Of a stretch of DNA of 64,000 nt, positions 38,681-51,100 are shown one piece after another. Position 1 is the stretch's first letter; every line of letters starts with the position of its first letter. The DNA lies in the NCBI GenBank assembly GCA_965644295.1, contig CBFFRP010000309.1, positions 62,001-126,000 on the forward strand, given 5' to 3'. The DNA comes from Paraphysomonas bandaiensis (Eukaryota; Protista; Chrysophyceae). The notes beneath the pieces were generated by a model that ran no database searches, was not told the DNA's origin, and worked only from the letters and a program-made list of their open reading frames with translations. The position numbers and the translations under genes were made by a program.

Positions 38681-39704
38681 TTCAACGCACAAAGTTAGCT
38701 TCGTTATGTAGTTTGTAGTTATATCGTTCTCTTCGGTTGCGTGTTGAATGTGTACAAATTGATGTGATGATGAAGTACGATACTGATATTATGATGTAGT
38801 GTGCAGTAGATCTCTAACCTGAACTCTCTTTTCAAGGGATCAGTGAATTGGAAGGCTTCATATGTAGAGTACATCAATCGTCAACACCAAGTATCACATT
38901 GTGAATAAAAAACTATACGAAGAGATTGATGGTAGAAGAGCCTTCAATCCGATTCGAAGAACATAAGTGGGAGTACGTTCACTACGCATACAAACTTGTA
39001 CTGCAACTGAAAATAGAATGTAGTTTTCCTGACTTTGAGTTTTGAGTATACTTGTATCTTTTTGCTTTGGTCACACACATACTGAAACTTTCCAAATAGG
39101 AGTATCTTTTCCTTCAATACAGTATTTTCTCTTCTTATCAACATTTGACATTAGGAGTATCAGAAAAAGACATAACTGAACAATACTTTCACTCTATTAT
39201 GCTTAGATTATAAGTTATAAACAATATTTCTAATCATTCACCAATTTTATGTTATCTCTACTGCCACTCATTTTTTGTACGGTCTTATTTCGTCGCTAAC
39301 TTGCATCGTCACTATATTCCCGTTTCACTGCTATATGCTATATACTTATCGTCATGATATTAAATAGCTCATAATACAGTTAACCACAGCTGTATACTAT
39401 ATACTACAAATTTAAATCCCTTATAACTACAGCTTTCAATTGTTCTCAAATAGCAGAACACAACACGAAGGGTGTAAAATTAAGTTACTAAACGTTTAGC
39501 TCCATTAATAATTTATTAGTAAAATTATAATATTCATTAGATAACATGTTGATATTCGCGAATGACTATTATGATGCATATGCTAAACTGGAATTGGTTC
39601 TCTTTTACATTGCAAAGAATTCAGTATTGTGTTGAAGTTATGTAAGAGAAACTTCGGATGTTCTGCGGGGAGTTTTTTGGATATTTGTGTCAGGATAATA
39701 CCTA

Positions 39705-39962
39705 CGCGCTGACGCAAGAAAGAAAAGAATCAGTAAACTCGATTACATAGCCAGCCTGAAGTGAATGGAACAGTTAAAAGTTGATCGCATAGTACGAATG
39801 TCATCAAAAGTCATCGTAAATTATAATCAGGATGATATAAGAACTATAAACGATTTGAAATACACTGCTGTTCCTAAGAACCGTTGTATTTTTTTGTTTT
39901 GTTCGCACCTTTCCGGAAATATAATCGAGTTTACTGATTCTTTTCTTTCTTGCGTCAGCGCG
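39705..39962. mobile_element. Tc1/mariner-like MITE
   Basis: Perfect 41-bp TIRs CGCGCTGACGCAAGAAAGAAAAGAATCAGTAAACTCGATTA (39705-39745 / 39922-39962), flanked by TA on both sides. Confidence 0.85.
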
Positions 39963-40098
39963 TACTGGCGGTACTACTTGCGTGGTGATTCTAGGCTGGA
40001 ATAATTAATAATTAATGGGCATTAGGTCAAAGCTTAGAACAAACATCAATAATAATTCATTGTCCTATCTACACTTGTGTGTCTTGTGTGGTATACCC

Positions 40099-40370
40099 TG
40101 TAGCGAGCCGTTTCCTTGGTTATCAAACCGGGTTTCATTACAGTAAATATTTATTCTAAGCAATAACCTAATGTCTAGCTAATGATTTCACCACGATTAT
40201 GAGGCAGAATATAAACGCTTCATTAAAGGTCTATAGGACGCTTGTGAGTTGTTTTATCCCGACTATGAACTGGAGTGGATTTTACGGTTCTGTACTCTAC
40301 CGGCCAATGGCAATGGAGGAGATATCACGAGTCTTTGAATTAGAATTCTCCTTGTGTCTGTATCGTTACA
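40099..40370 (-). mobile_element. Putative LTR (272 bp)
   Basis: TG...CA termini with imperfect inverted ends TGTAGCGA / TCGTTACA. Its right end plus the adjacent tccaccgaacca recurs at 41022-41054, directly after the gag-like stop. Confidence 0.6.
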
Positions 40371-40380
40371 TCCACCGAAC

Positions 40381-41020
40381 CAAAACATGGTGTCCTCGTA
40401 TCGATGACAAAGAGTACGGATTGATACGACTCTTTAAGACTTTGAATGACGGGACCTGTGTTAAGTATGTGTTGGGGTGCATGTCGACTAATAAATTCGA
40501 ATCTATGAGTGAATTTTTCAAAGAGTATTCAGCTGTACTGTTAGATCATTATCAAGTAACCATCGCGTACCGACAGTTACCTATGGAGTCGACTACAATG
40601 TTTCAACAGCAGCACAAGGACTATCATAAGAGGAGAAAGGAACTATTCTCTCAACAGTCCAACAAAGCTTCGTTGAACAGTCGTGCTGATTCTAAACCAA
40701 GGTTTTCGTAAGTGTCACATCTAGATACTTACGATGAGTCTGGTGGAAACTATGATGATGAGTGGGATGATAATGATGGGTATGTACCAAATGATGATCA
40801 TTTGTGGGATGCTCCGAGTGAGACTTGGCGGTCCAGCAATCTGGAAGCACATGACGAAAAGCATGTTGATGAGGAGCGTCGTGTTAACTCTGATAGGTCT
40901 CTGTCAGCCATGCATTCTAGACCAACAGGTGCTCAGAATAATAAGACCGATAAGTATGGGTGTCTTAGGAAAATTATGTATGCCAAGTGCGACAAAACAG
41001 ACTGTCCTTACAATCATAAT
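40381..41020 (+). repeat. Inverted duplicate of the gag 3' region (pairs with 41193-41871)
   Basis: Near-identical translation on the opposite strand; about 8 substitutions plus 48-bp and 9-bp indels. Confidence 0.95.
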
Positions 41021-41054
41021 CCTCCTTGTCTGTATCGTTACATCCACCGAACCA

Positions 41055-43025
41055 TCAAGGGCGGGAATCACGGAAGTGATCCCTCCCCAAGATGGTCGGT
41101 TGTTTGTCCCTCTGCTCCGAACCTCCCGCAGACTTAAGATACGCATCGATCTTGTCCCGCATTTCGGACGCAGAATCCAACAGACATTTCGCATTATGAT
41201 TGTAAGGACAGTCTGTTTTGTCGCACTTGCCATACATAATTATCCTAAGACACCCATACTTATCGGTCTTAGCACCTGTTGGTCTAGAATGCATGGCTGA
41301 CAGAGACCTATCAGAGTTAACACGACGCTCCTCATCAACTGCTGCGTCATTACCCGACATTGGTTTGACATCTGTCATCACAGCAATATGCTTTTCGTCA
41401 TGTGCTTCCAGATTGCTGGACCGCCAAGTCTCATTCGGAGCATCCCACAAATGATCATCATTTGGTATATACCCATCATTATCATCCCACTCATCATCAT
41501 AGTTTCCACCAGACTCATCGTAAGTATCTAGATGTGACACTTACGAAAACCTTGGTTTAGAATCAGCACGACTGTTCAACGAAGCTTTGTTGGACTGTTG
41601 AGAGAATAGTTCCTTTCTCCTCTTATGATAGTCCTTGTGCAGCTGTTGAAACATTGTAGTCGACTCCATAGGTAACTGTCGGTACGCGATGGTTACTTGA
41701 TAATGATCTAGCAGTACAGCTGAATACTCTTTGAAAAATTCACTCATAGATTCGAATTTATTAGTCGACATGCACCCCAACACATACTTAACATAGGTCC
41801 CGTCATTCAAAGTCTTAAAGAGTCGTATCAATCCGTACTCTTTGTCATCGACACGAGGACACCATGTTTTGTTTGAGACCAACATGATAGACAACATTGT
41901 TTGGAACGACTGCATCAAGTTCAATTGCTGATGATAGAATGCCTCAAAAGTCACAGCATTTACATACTTCCAGTCCATAATTTGGATATGTTTCAAGGAA
42001 TCTCTGAGGTCATTATAAAATGCCACGCAATTGAACACCTTGGTCTCCTGAGCCACAATGAGAAGCAAATCCGAAACATCCATTTGTGCCAGCTGCGCAT
42101 GTGTGATGCTGTACACATTCCGCAGATGTGCCTTCAAACTGGTTGAAAGTACCTTTTGAATTCGCACCTCAGTTTCTTCTTGCTCTTGAAACTCTAAGAT
42201 GTCTTTGATCGCTTTCGCCACTTTACCCAACTTAAAGTCATTGATGCGAACATGACACCTCCTTTCCTCTCTAGTTATGGTAACTGTTTTGGCACTAGCC
42301 ACCTCAGAACTTTTCTTCAAATCCCTGAATAACTTGCCCGCTTTCTTGCCCTTGAATATGTTATCCATGAGGGTAGGCACATCATGAGCACCATCACCAT
42401 CAACATCGGGATTCGAACCATCGTCCTCCTTGTTACTATCTTCCTCTTGAGGAATAATGCGAAACTTAGCCATGTTTTCCAGAGTGGAATACCTCGGCTG
42501 ACGTTTGTGTTTCGACGTGCGTTTGGTAACCTTTTGCCGCTGATGTGAGCCCACAGAAGCCTGAGACTGACTGCTCTCACCATCCTCAACATTTTGTACT
42601 CTATCCTCCAATATTTGCATCCTGCTGCTGAGGTTAGATTCTGCAGTGGCCACCTCTGTAAAAGACTGAGACATGGTACGAACTGTGTCCAAAATCTCTT
42701 GGTTTGGATTGATGTTTGGAGCAGAAGACTCCTGAACGACATCATGCACACCTCCAGCAGCATCTTGTTTGGTTTCACCACGACCTGCGGCTTCCTGATC
42801 TTTCACAGGAGTTTTCTTGCCGCCTCTCCTCGTTTTACCAGTCGGAGTAGACATGGTTAATGTGAGAAGAACTTCCGCCTCAAAGACTATATCCACCAAA
42901 CTTTTCCCTAACACACTGAGACAAGCAACCCTCTGGCAAATCCTAGAACCACTGACCCAGAACTCAACAACACACCAAGACAAATCCCAAAGACAACCCT
43001 GCGTAAGAATCCAATAACTCAACAC
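41055..43025 (-). mobile_element. Gypsy-like gag ORF (likely start Met 42854) with internal TAA at 41543-41541 and C-terminal CCCH knuckle; no pol
   Basis: Basic/acidic low-complexity N-term, helical core, CLRIIMYGKCDKTDCPYNH; abuts an LTR-like end; lies within the TE island. Confidence 0.6.
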
Positions 43026-43095
43026 TCAACACTCAAACCCGTTGAACCCGTCGGATTTGTACAAGTGACAACAGTTAACACACAGGCGGTATCCA

Positions 43096-44000
43096 TTGAA
43101 TTTGGTGGAGGTATTAAATGAAATAGCTGATGCCAAACCCCAAGGTATCCTCAATGAAAGTCTACCTGCCTTTACCCATACGAGACGCCCCATACACTGG
43201 GTACGCTCGCACCCAGAACGACGTACCACAGACAAAACCAAATGGCCTTTTGAGAAATGGGTATCTTCATTGCCGATGCGACGCCAGTGGAAATTGGAAA
43301 CATCTTGACAATACCCTTGGATCCCGCAATGTCACCACGGCCAATGTCACTCAGCTCATAGTTGACTTTCTTACTGTCGGGCAGTGGCACTGGCGTTGAT
43401 ATGATACACATCTCTAATCCGACATAGGACCACTTCTGAGAGACGCACTTTACCTTAGTTACAAATACGACCTCCAACAATGGCGCCCTATCGAATCGTG
43501 AACGTCTGGGACAAGTCATACACAATAGGCCAACATATAGCGAAAGGAAAAGAAGGGATCGAAGCCACTGCAGTAGCGAAATATACTGACTGCAATCATG
43601 ACAGCATCGCACATATGATCCTCAAGTGCTCCCACCACGACCATGCACATGTTAGAGAAGAGATACATCACCAACACCGTAAGGTGCCTGACACTGCCAT
43701 GAAAACCACAGTCCTTCGACCATGGTTCTACACTGCTCTTACCAAGATTTCCTACGCAGCTTGAAATTTCACTACGCTCCAAGTAGAGAGATACTGGACA
43801 GGCAATGTCACATCCTCACAACGAGCAAATGCCTTCGGACATCACATCTCCACTGCCATACAACCTCAGGAGTTCCATCAGCTTGTGAAATTGATAGTAA
43901 AAATACTCCACCCACTCTACAATGGAGGGCTCCGCATGCTCAAGAGGGCAGAGAACGACGGCATATCCAAGCCCTCACTCGCAGCACACAGACGACAACG
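43096..44000 (+). mobile_element. Degenerate non-LTR retrotransposon (LINE) ORF2 3' fragment
   Basis: Frameshifted coding pieces; DCNHDSIAHMILKC resembles the C-terminal zinc knuckle of LINE ORF2. Confidence 0.45.
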
Positions 44001-44227
44001 AACTCTACCGAACCAAGCCGTCACGATCCCATGTCCAAGGGATCAGGCTGGTGGCTCAGGATAAAATAAGGGCTTATGCTCGTCAGAACCTGGCAGGTTG
44101 TGGGAGTGAATGGTGCGATTTATACCATGCCAAGTTTGATGACGGGTGGGGAGACAAAGCATCATATTTCCAGAATAAGACGATTTTGATTTGATTCCGC
44201 TGTTGAGGACCCGGTGCAAATTGCATA

Positions 44228-44455
44228 TTGCAGGACGACGCAACGGGTAATGAGTTTGTGATCGACAAGATCACTAATACGAGAGGAGACCAAAACAGGT
44301 TCAGATGGGGTTTGTTTTTTAAAGTCGTCGGGAAGAATTATGATGTCCTAGCATGGGAGTCTTGCAAGACTGTTAGGAGCACACCAGCATTGAGAGATTA
44401 TTTGAAAGCACACTCAAACCCGCTCATAAGAGATCATCTTCCCAAGAAAAGGTAA
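44228..44455 (+). mobile_element. Chromodomain relic from a chromovirus-type (Ty3/gypsy) integrase
   Basis: EFVIDKITNTRG...LFFKVVGKNYDVLAWESCKTVRSTPALRDYL fits chromodomain spacing; upstream integrase sequence is decayed. Confidence 0.7.
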
Positions 44456-44812
44456 CAGCGAGGTGGTTCACAGGATTCTTATGACGAAACATCTTCATCT
44501 GCATTGGAGAGTTCTTGGGTTTAAATTAGGATGGTGAGTTCAGTAGCTAAAATCCGCGCTGTCCACGTTCAGGGCACCTGTGACAAGAAAATGAGATTTC
44601 GGAAGGTAGTGAGGCACGAAACCCTGCATTTCTAGTAAAATCCTGGATTTTGGGGGATGCTTTTGGGTTCGGTGTTTAGGGATCGCATGTTTACATATGT
44701 ACACTGTATGTATGTATGTATAGAGGTCTTCGAGTGATGGAAATGAAAGTCAACGTGCACATTCATTTTTGTTACAACGATTATGTTTTCAGTTATTGTA
44801 CATGTGTGACTC

Positions 44813-47165
44813 TGTAGGATACGAGTGAAGGTGTACAGTAGAATATGATCAGTTGTAGTATTATTGTGTCGTAGGGAGACACCATAATTTCCTATCACTA
44901 ACGATTTCTGTAGTGTCTGCAAAGAGACTTGTCTTTTGCCTACTTGTAGTGTAGTTTGAACGGAGGACAACGTGCGAACTGGATCAGTGAGTGTTTGATT
45001 GATCTGTAGTATCAGTGTTGTATTTTCGATCCAAGTACGTATTATTTCTCTACGTGATAGGAAATTATGAAGAAGTCGAGTAACGAGAAGCTGAAGAAGT
45101 TTAGGAACAAGGATTTGGACCAGCGGTCCATGGGCCAAGGGGCAGATGCATTGACCCCAGCGGTGCCGATTCTGAAGTATGGGACAAACACCAACCTGGC
45201 GGTATTCAGAAGCTCACAGTGGCCGCCATGATGCTGTTCGGTGACCCAGCGAGGCTCGTGGAGACCGATGAGTATTACGAACCACCCAAGATAAAGGTCA
45301 AGGACTACGACCACGATAACGACCCCACACGGTCTGAACCTGGAGGAACTGAAGGATGCGAGAAAGACACGCCAAAGGAAGATCGACCAAATGCGTGACA
45401 ACCGATCAGCTTTCTACGCGTTCATGTATGACAGGCTGAGTAACGAGTCCGTAGATGTGATTAAGCAATTGAAGAAATATGACGAAATTAACTCCTCCAA
45501 CAAGGACCCTCTACTGTTGTGGTTGGCTATCAAGCAGACCCACAAAACAGCGACGAATTCCAATGTAGGGACCATAATGCGTGCAGAGACGAGAAAGAAG
45601 TACCAAGACGTGCGTCAGGGTCCATTTGAGAGTATCGTGACCTATAAGGAGCGATTTGATTTTCTTTTAAAAGCGTACAATGATATGAAGAATCCGAAGA
45701 TGGAAGAAGAAGATATAGCTATGGACTTCTTCATGGGTCTGGACGACACCAGATATGAAGAGTTTAAGACCAGCTTTATGAATGACTTAATGATGGGCAC
45801 CCAGAAGCCACCCAAGCACGTGAACGAGATCTACACTACGGCTTCGAAGTATATTACCCTGAAGAGAGGAGCGAAACCTAATGGTGGTGTTGCATTTATG
45901 AGCAGGAAGGATGCCTCGACTAAACAACAGCGTCGCACAAGTGATGCGAACGACAAGCCGCAGTCGAATGAGACCAACGAGTCGAAGGGAAACGTGTGCA
46001 AGCATGGAGCTCCTATTGTTTGTTGGGGTTGTGGAAAGACTGGACACAAGCTAAATCAGTGTCAACAGAACGTCGAACCAGAAGAGAAACAATGCTCAGT
46101 GACTATGCAGAATGCGTTCACATCTGGAGGAGTGCGTTTCGAATGGTACGAAGTTGTACTAGACAATCAGGCTGATGTGTCCGTTATGCACCCGTGGCTA
46201 CTGACAGATGTGAGACTTGTCGATCGTAGGTGCAAAGTAGCTGGCTTATCAGGTCACGCGGTGGAATTACCTAATGTAGGAGAGCTGCCACAGTTTTTCA
46301 CATGTAAAACGGCTGACAACCTACGGGTCAGTGTATTGTGTCAAGCTGATGTGGAAGATTTATACCCTATTGTGTACGAACAAGGAGTGTCGTATACAGC
46401 AGTGTGTCTACCTAACAAGGAGGTAGTGTTCAACAGACGAAACAAGATGTACGTAGCCGATATGAGAGATTGGTTGACACAAGGCAGGGTGAATATTACA
46501 ACAGCACAAACGAAAGAGCAGGAGTACACCAAAAGCGAAGTGGTGAGAGCTCGGAAGGCACAGGAACTAGCGTGGAACGGGGGTTTTGACTCGGAGCAGG
46601 GAGCCATGAACTTGGTAAGCGATGGGAATGTCACAGACGTACCATTGACGGCGCAAGATGTAAAGCGAGCATTCGACATATATGGGAAGCCGTATGAAGC
46701 GGTCAGAGAGAAAACCACTAAGCGTAAGAGCGGGCGGCAGTACGTGGACATAGGAATCAAAGCAGAGCAGCCCAAGCCGCAACGTCTGTACACCGATTTA
46801 TTCAGCGTGAGGAGAAAACGTTCTTGATAACATTGACGGAGCCACTCGGGTTGACACTTGTATCTCCGGTAGCTAGCGAGAATACTGATGATCTAGGTCT
46901 CGCCTTTCAGGAGCAAGTATCTCTGCTAAGAAGTCATGGTTTCACACCAACTGTAGCCTACCTGGATCCCCAGCCCCTCAGAGGACAGATTACAGGGGTG
47001 GAAGTGGATGTGTGTGGAGCAGGGGATCACATGGACAAAGTAGATCTCAAGATCCGGAGACTAAAAGAGACTATTAGACCTGTACAGGCAGGATTACCCT
47101 GGTCATTATCTGATACCATGGTCAGAGATCTGGTGAAGTACTCGAACAGTCGATTAAATATCAGA
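44813..47165 (+). mobile_element. Degenerate CoDi-like Ty1/copia retrotransposon (possible 5' LTR ~44813-45054; gag-protease-partial integrase), truncated
   Basis: gag from ATG 45067 (VPILKYGTNTN) with two frameshifts; zinc knuckle CWGCGKTGHKLNQC; protease VVLDNQADVSV; pre-integrase LTAQDVKRAFDIYG; integrase piece GAGDHMDKVDLKIRRLKE; no RT. Confidence 0.85.
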
Positions 47166-47729
47166 ACGTTTTCTCCTCACGCTGAATAAATCGGTGTACA
47201 GACGTTGCGACTTGGACTGCTCTGCTTTGATTCCTATGTCCACGTACTGCCGCCCGCTCTTACGCTTAGTGGTTTTCTCTCTGACCGCTTCATACGGCTT
47301 CCCATATATGTCGAATGCTCGCTTTACATCTTGCGCCGTCAATGGTACGTCTGTGACATTCCCATCGCTTACCAAGTTCATGGCTCCCTGCTCCGAGTCA
47401 AAACCTCCGTTCCACGCTAGTTCCTGTGCCTTCCGAGCTCTCACCACTTCGCTTTTGGTGTACTCCTGCTCTTTCGTTTGTGCTGTTGTAATATTCACCC
47501 TGCCTTGTGTCAACCAATCTCTCATATCGGCTACGTACATCTTGTTTCGTCTGTTGAACACTACCTCCTTGTTAGGTAGACACACTGCTGTATACGACAC
47601 TCCTTGTTCGTACACAATAGGGTATAAATCTTCCACACCAGCTTGACACAATACACTGACCCGTAGGTTGTCAGCCGTTTTACATGTGAAAAACTGTGGC
47701 AGCTCTATTCCACCGCGTGACCTGATAAG
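47159..47729 (-). repeat. Inverted duplicate of copia segment 46246-46829
   Basis: Reverse-complement match with about 4 substitutions and a 13-bp deletion; junction at TATCA(A)GA microhomology. Confidence 0.95.
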
Positions 47730-48060
47730 TATGTATGTATGCATGTATGTATGTATGTATGTATGTATGTATGTAGGTAGGTAGGTAGGTAGGTAGGTAG
47801 GTAGGTAGGTAGGTATGTATGTATGTATGTATGTATGTATGTATGTATGTATGTATGTATGTATGTATGTATGTATGTATGTATGTATGTATGTATGTAT
47901 GTATGTATGTATGTATGTATGTATGTATGTAGGTAGGTATGTATGTATGTACGTATGTATGTATGTATGTATGTATGTATGTATGTATGTATGTATGTAT
48001 GTATGTACGTATGTATGTATGTAGGTATGTATGTAGGTATGTATGTATGTACGTACATGT
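47730..48060. repeat. (TATG)n/(TAGG)n compound microsatellite
   Basis: Seen directly; ends ~125 bp upstream of the OSCA start codon. Confidence 0.98.
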
Positions 48061-48183
48061 ACACAGGGTACAGGGGTATGCACATATGTTATATCAATCT
48101 GCAGAACTATCAATCGCATCCACCTCATCTCCATCACACACATATCAACCAAACCTCACCTCTCTATCATATCATATAACCCC

Positions 48184-51100
48184 ATGGTCTCATCCTTCTA
48201 TCATCGATCACTCGACACTACATCAAATAATTCCAATGGTGAAACTGAAAAAGTGAAGTTCGCTTTCTATGTCAGTACGGTCATATTTATCATACTTCTT
48301 CTCACTTTCGAACTGATTCGTCATATTAAACAAATTTTTCTCAAAAGAATTACAAGAAAATTCCAAGTATGTTCTATTTGAACTTCATTAACATTTTCAT
48401 TTTACTTTTAACCAATCAGAAATCGAAACGTGTTCCACCTGTCCCTCCAAGATATTTCTTTGGATGGATTGTAGAGATTATGAAGGTCTCGGAGAGTGAC
48501 TTCTTATATATGGTGGGGTTAGATGGGTATGTATTTCTCAGATTCATTAAACTGTGTTTAAAGTAAGTTATGTATGAGTTGTTTCATAGATGTATTAGAT
48601 TTGTATATGGGAATGTAGGATATCATGTTTCTTTACACTATGGGGGCTACTGATACTCCTTCCTGTGTATGTATCGTCCAGTGGAGATCAACATGGATGG
48701 AGTAAATATACGTTAGCTAATGCAATGAATGAAGAAGATTCACATCGTTTATGGTTGCCAGCTGTGTTCAGTTATGTGTTTTCTGGATACGTTTGCCGTT
48801 TGTTTTATCTCGAGTATCAGTTATTTGTTAAGATGCGGTTGGAGTATCTAATCAGAGGTGATCCGGACACTCACCCACAGACATATTATACTCTTATGGT
48901 AGAAGATATTCCACGCAGTCTTCGCTCCGGTCCTACTCTTCGAACTTTTTTTGACACGCTCTTTCCAGGTGTGAATCTCTTATGTCGATGCAGTTGTCAA
49001 ATATAATTCAATTTATACAGACAGCGTACACTCAGTGAGTTTGTCGCTCAAGTTGCATCGACTCGAAGCTCTAGTAGATCGGCGACGCAAGGTGCGTGCA
49101 AGACTTCTACCCTGCTTATAGCTTCATTCTAATTACTCTGTAGACTCGCAATACAGTGGAGGTAACAGTGGCTCGTCAGCACGCTAAAGGTAAACCCTGT
49201 ACACTCTGGGTTCCTTCCAATTTCTATGAGGATACGAAGACCGCTTTATACAAGATGACAGAAGAATGTGGAGAGGGAGTTGAGGAAAAAGGAGTTGCTA
49301 CTGTTATTACACCGGATGACATCCCCATTGTTGCAAGGCGATGTGGGTTTATACAAGTACATGCTGTACCGCACTATATGTACGTGCTGCAGTTACTGAA
49401 CCAGACCGTTAGGACGCTTCAGATAGCCTATATTACTCGCACGAATGAACTGAATGCGATAGAGGAACAGAGTCTTCAAGATAATCCCGATTCTATGGCG
49501 AGTCATGTACTCCAATACCTAGTAGATGAGGGCCCGCACCAGTCGCCACTTATGCAAAGGCATGGGGGTGATGCGCGCATTCTACCAACATTGAAGCTAT
49601 CGGTGATGAGTCGCCGTCGGAGCGAAAGTGCTGATTCTGATGGTGGCCACGCAGCTGTGCAGTTGGCAGATAGAGTTCGTAGCAAGAGCGTTACTCGACA
49701 GGAGTCAGAGTACAGTGTGGAAGATGGAGCACCATTAGTTGCCCCTGGAACTCTATCGTCATCGGATAACATTGCAGTCCATGCAGATAAATCAACAGAA
49801 GACGACGACAGGGGTGCGGTAGCTCTCTGGGCGGAGTCGTTCCTGGCAGACTCATATGAGATAACTCGCAAGACTTTTGCTGCTGAAACGGAGAGAACAG
49901 CTGCATTAGCTAGACAGGGAGCTCTGGAAGCTCGTCGACAGCTGGCATTCCTTACTGGAAATGACTATTTCAACATATCTTCAACAGCTTTTGTGACGTT
50001 CACAAGCCGCGTGTCCGCCGGAGTAGCCCATCAAATGCTGCTTTCACATGAAAATCATCAGATGCAAGTTAATCCAGCACCATCGTTCACAGATATTATC
50101 TGGAAGAATGTGTACATCAAACGCGCCGAAACAAAGAAGCGGACGAGAATAGCGGGGTAAGTGTGCCTGATATTGTGTTGAGTGCATCTAATAAACCAAT
50201 GACTAGCGCACTGTTTGTCTTGGGTGCCATTTTCTGGTCATTTGTTGTCACTGGAATTCGCCGAATATTTAATCTACAGACGTTTGATAAAAAGCATGAA
50301 AGTTTTCTTGTGTCCTATGAAGGTACCATGATATACACTTTATTCAACGACTATATGGCAGTTGCGATTCTGTTGTGTCTTCTTGCTGTTCTACCACTCA
50401 TATTTGATTTTGTCGCTCGGCAATACGAGAGACTGCGAACTGAGAATGATATCCAGAAGTCTATAATGGGTCGTTATTACTATTATATGCTCGCTAATGT
50501 GTACATTAATGTCACTGCGGACACGATATTTCGCAGCATGGAGACCCTCGTACGAAATCCGGGAGATATATTAGAAATTCTTGGAGAGTCGCTGCCTAAT
50601 GTGTCTGCATTCTTTGCAAGCATGATTATTCTCTATACTTTTGTTGGATTGATGGTTGAATTCATTCGTGCTTGGCCTATGGTGTGTTTCTACTCTGTTA
50701 CAATGTTCACTGACAAACGGAAGTGTACCCGACGCCAGTTGCGTACTGGAGCGTTTGCTGCTGCTCGTATGCTCTATGGATGGATCTACCCTTGCCTGTT
50801 GATGGTTTTCATGATCATCATGATATACTCTTGTATTGCCCCAATGATATGTCTTCTCGCTGTTGTATACTTTGCGTTTGCATATTTGATGTACAAGTAC
50901 CAGCTGCTCTATGTATATGTGAACGAATACCAGTCAGGAGGGCACATGTGGTACTCTGTTTTCGATATGTCTATGATGGCATTACTGTGTGGAAATGTCA
51001 CTTTACTTGGCTATCTTGTGTCTAAGAAAGAACTAATTCGAGCCCCCTTCTATATTGTCGCCCCTCTGCCTGCATTGATCACCTTATTCTGGCGCCGTTG

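Noticed and set aside
40199-40711. 170-aa ORF as an independent gene
   Set aside because: Chimeric reading across the LTR into the inverted gag fragment.
44666-44674. GGTTCGGTG after the chromodomain, resembling the motif preceding the LTR at 40371/41043
   Set aside because: Only 9 bp and not followed by the LTR sequence.
47154-48152. 332-aa ORF fusing the microsatellite with copia protease/pre-integrase sequence
   Set aside because: Accidental frame through the repeat and the inverted TE arm; no sign of a real gene.
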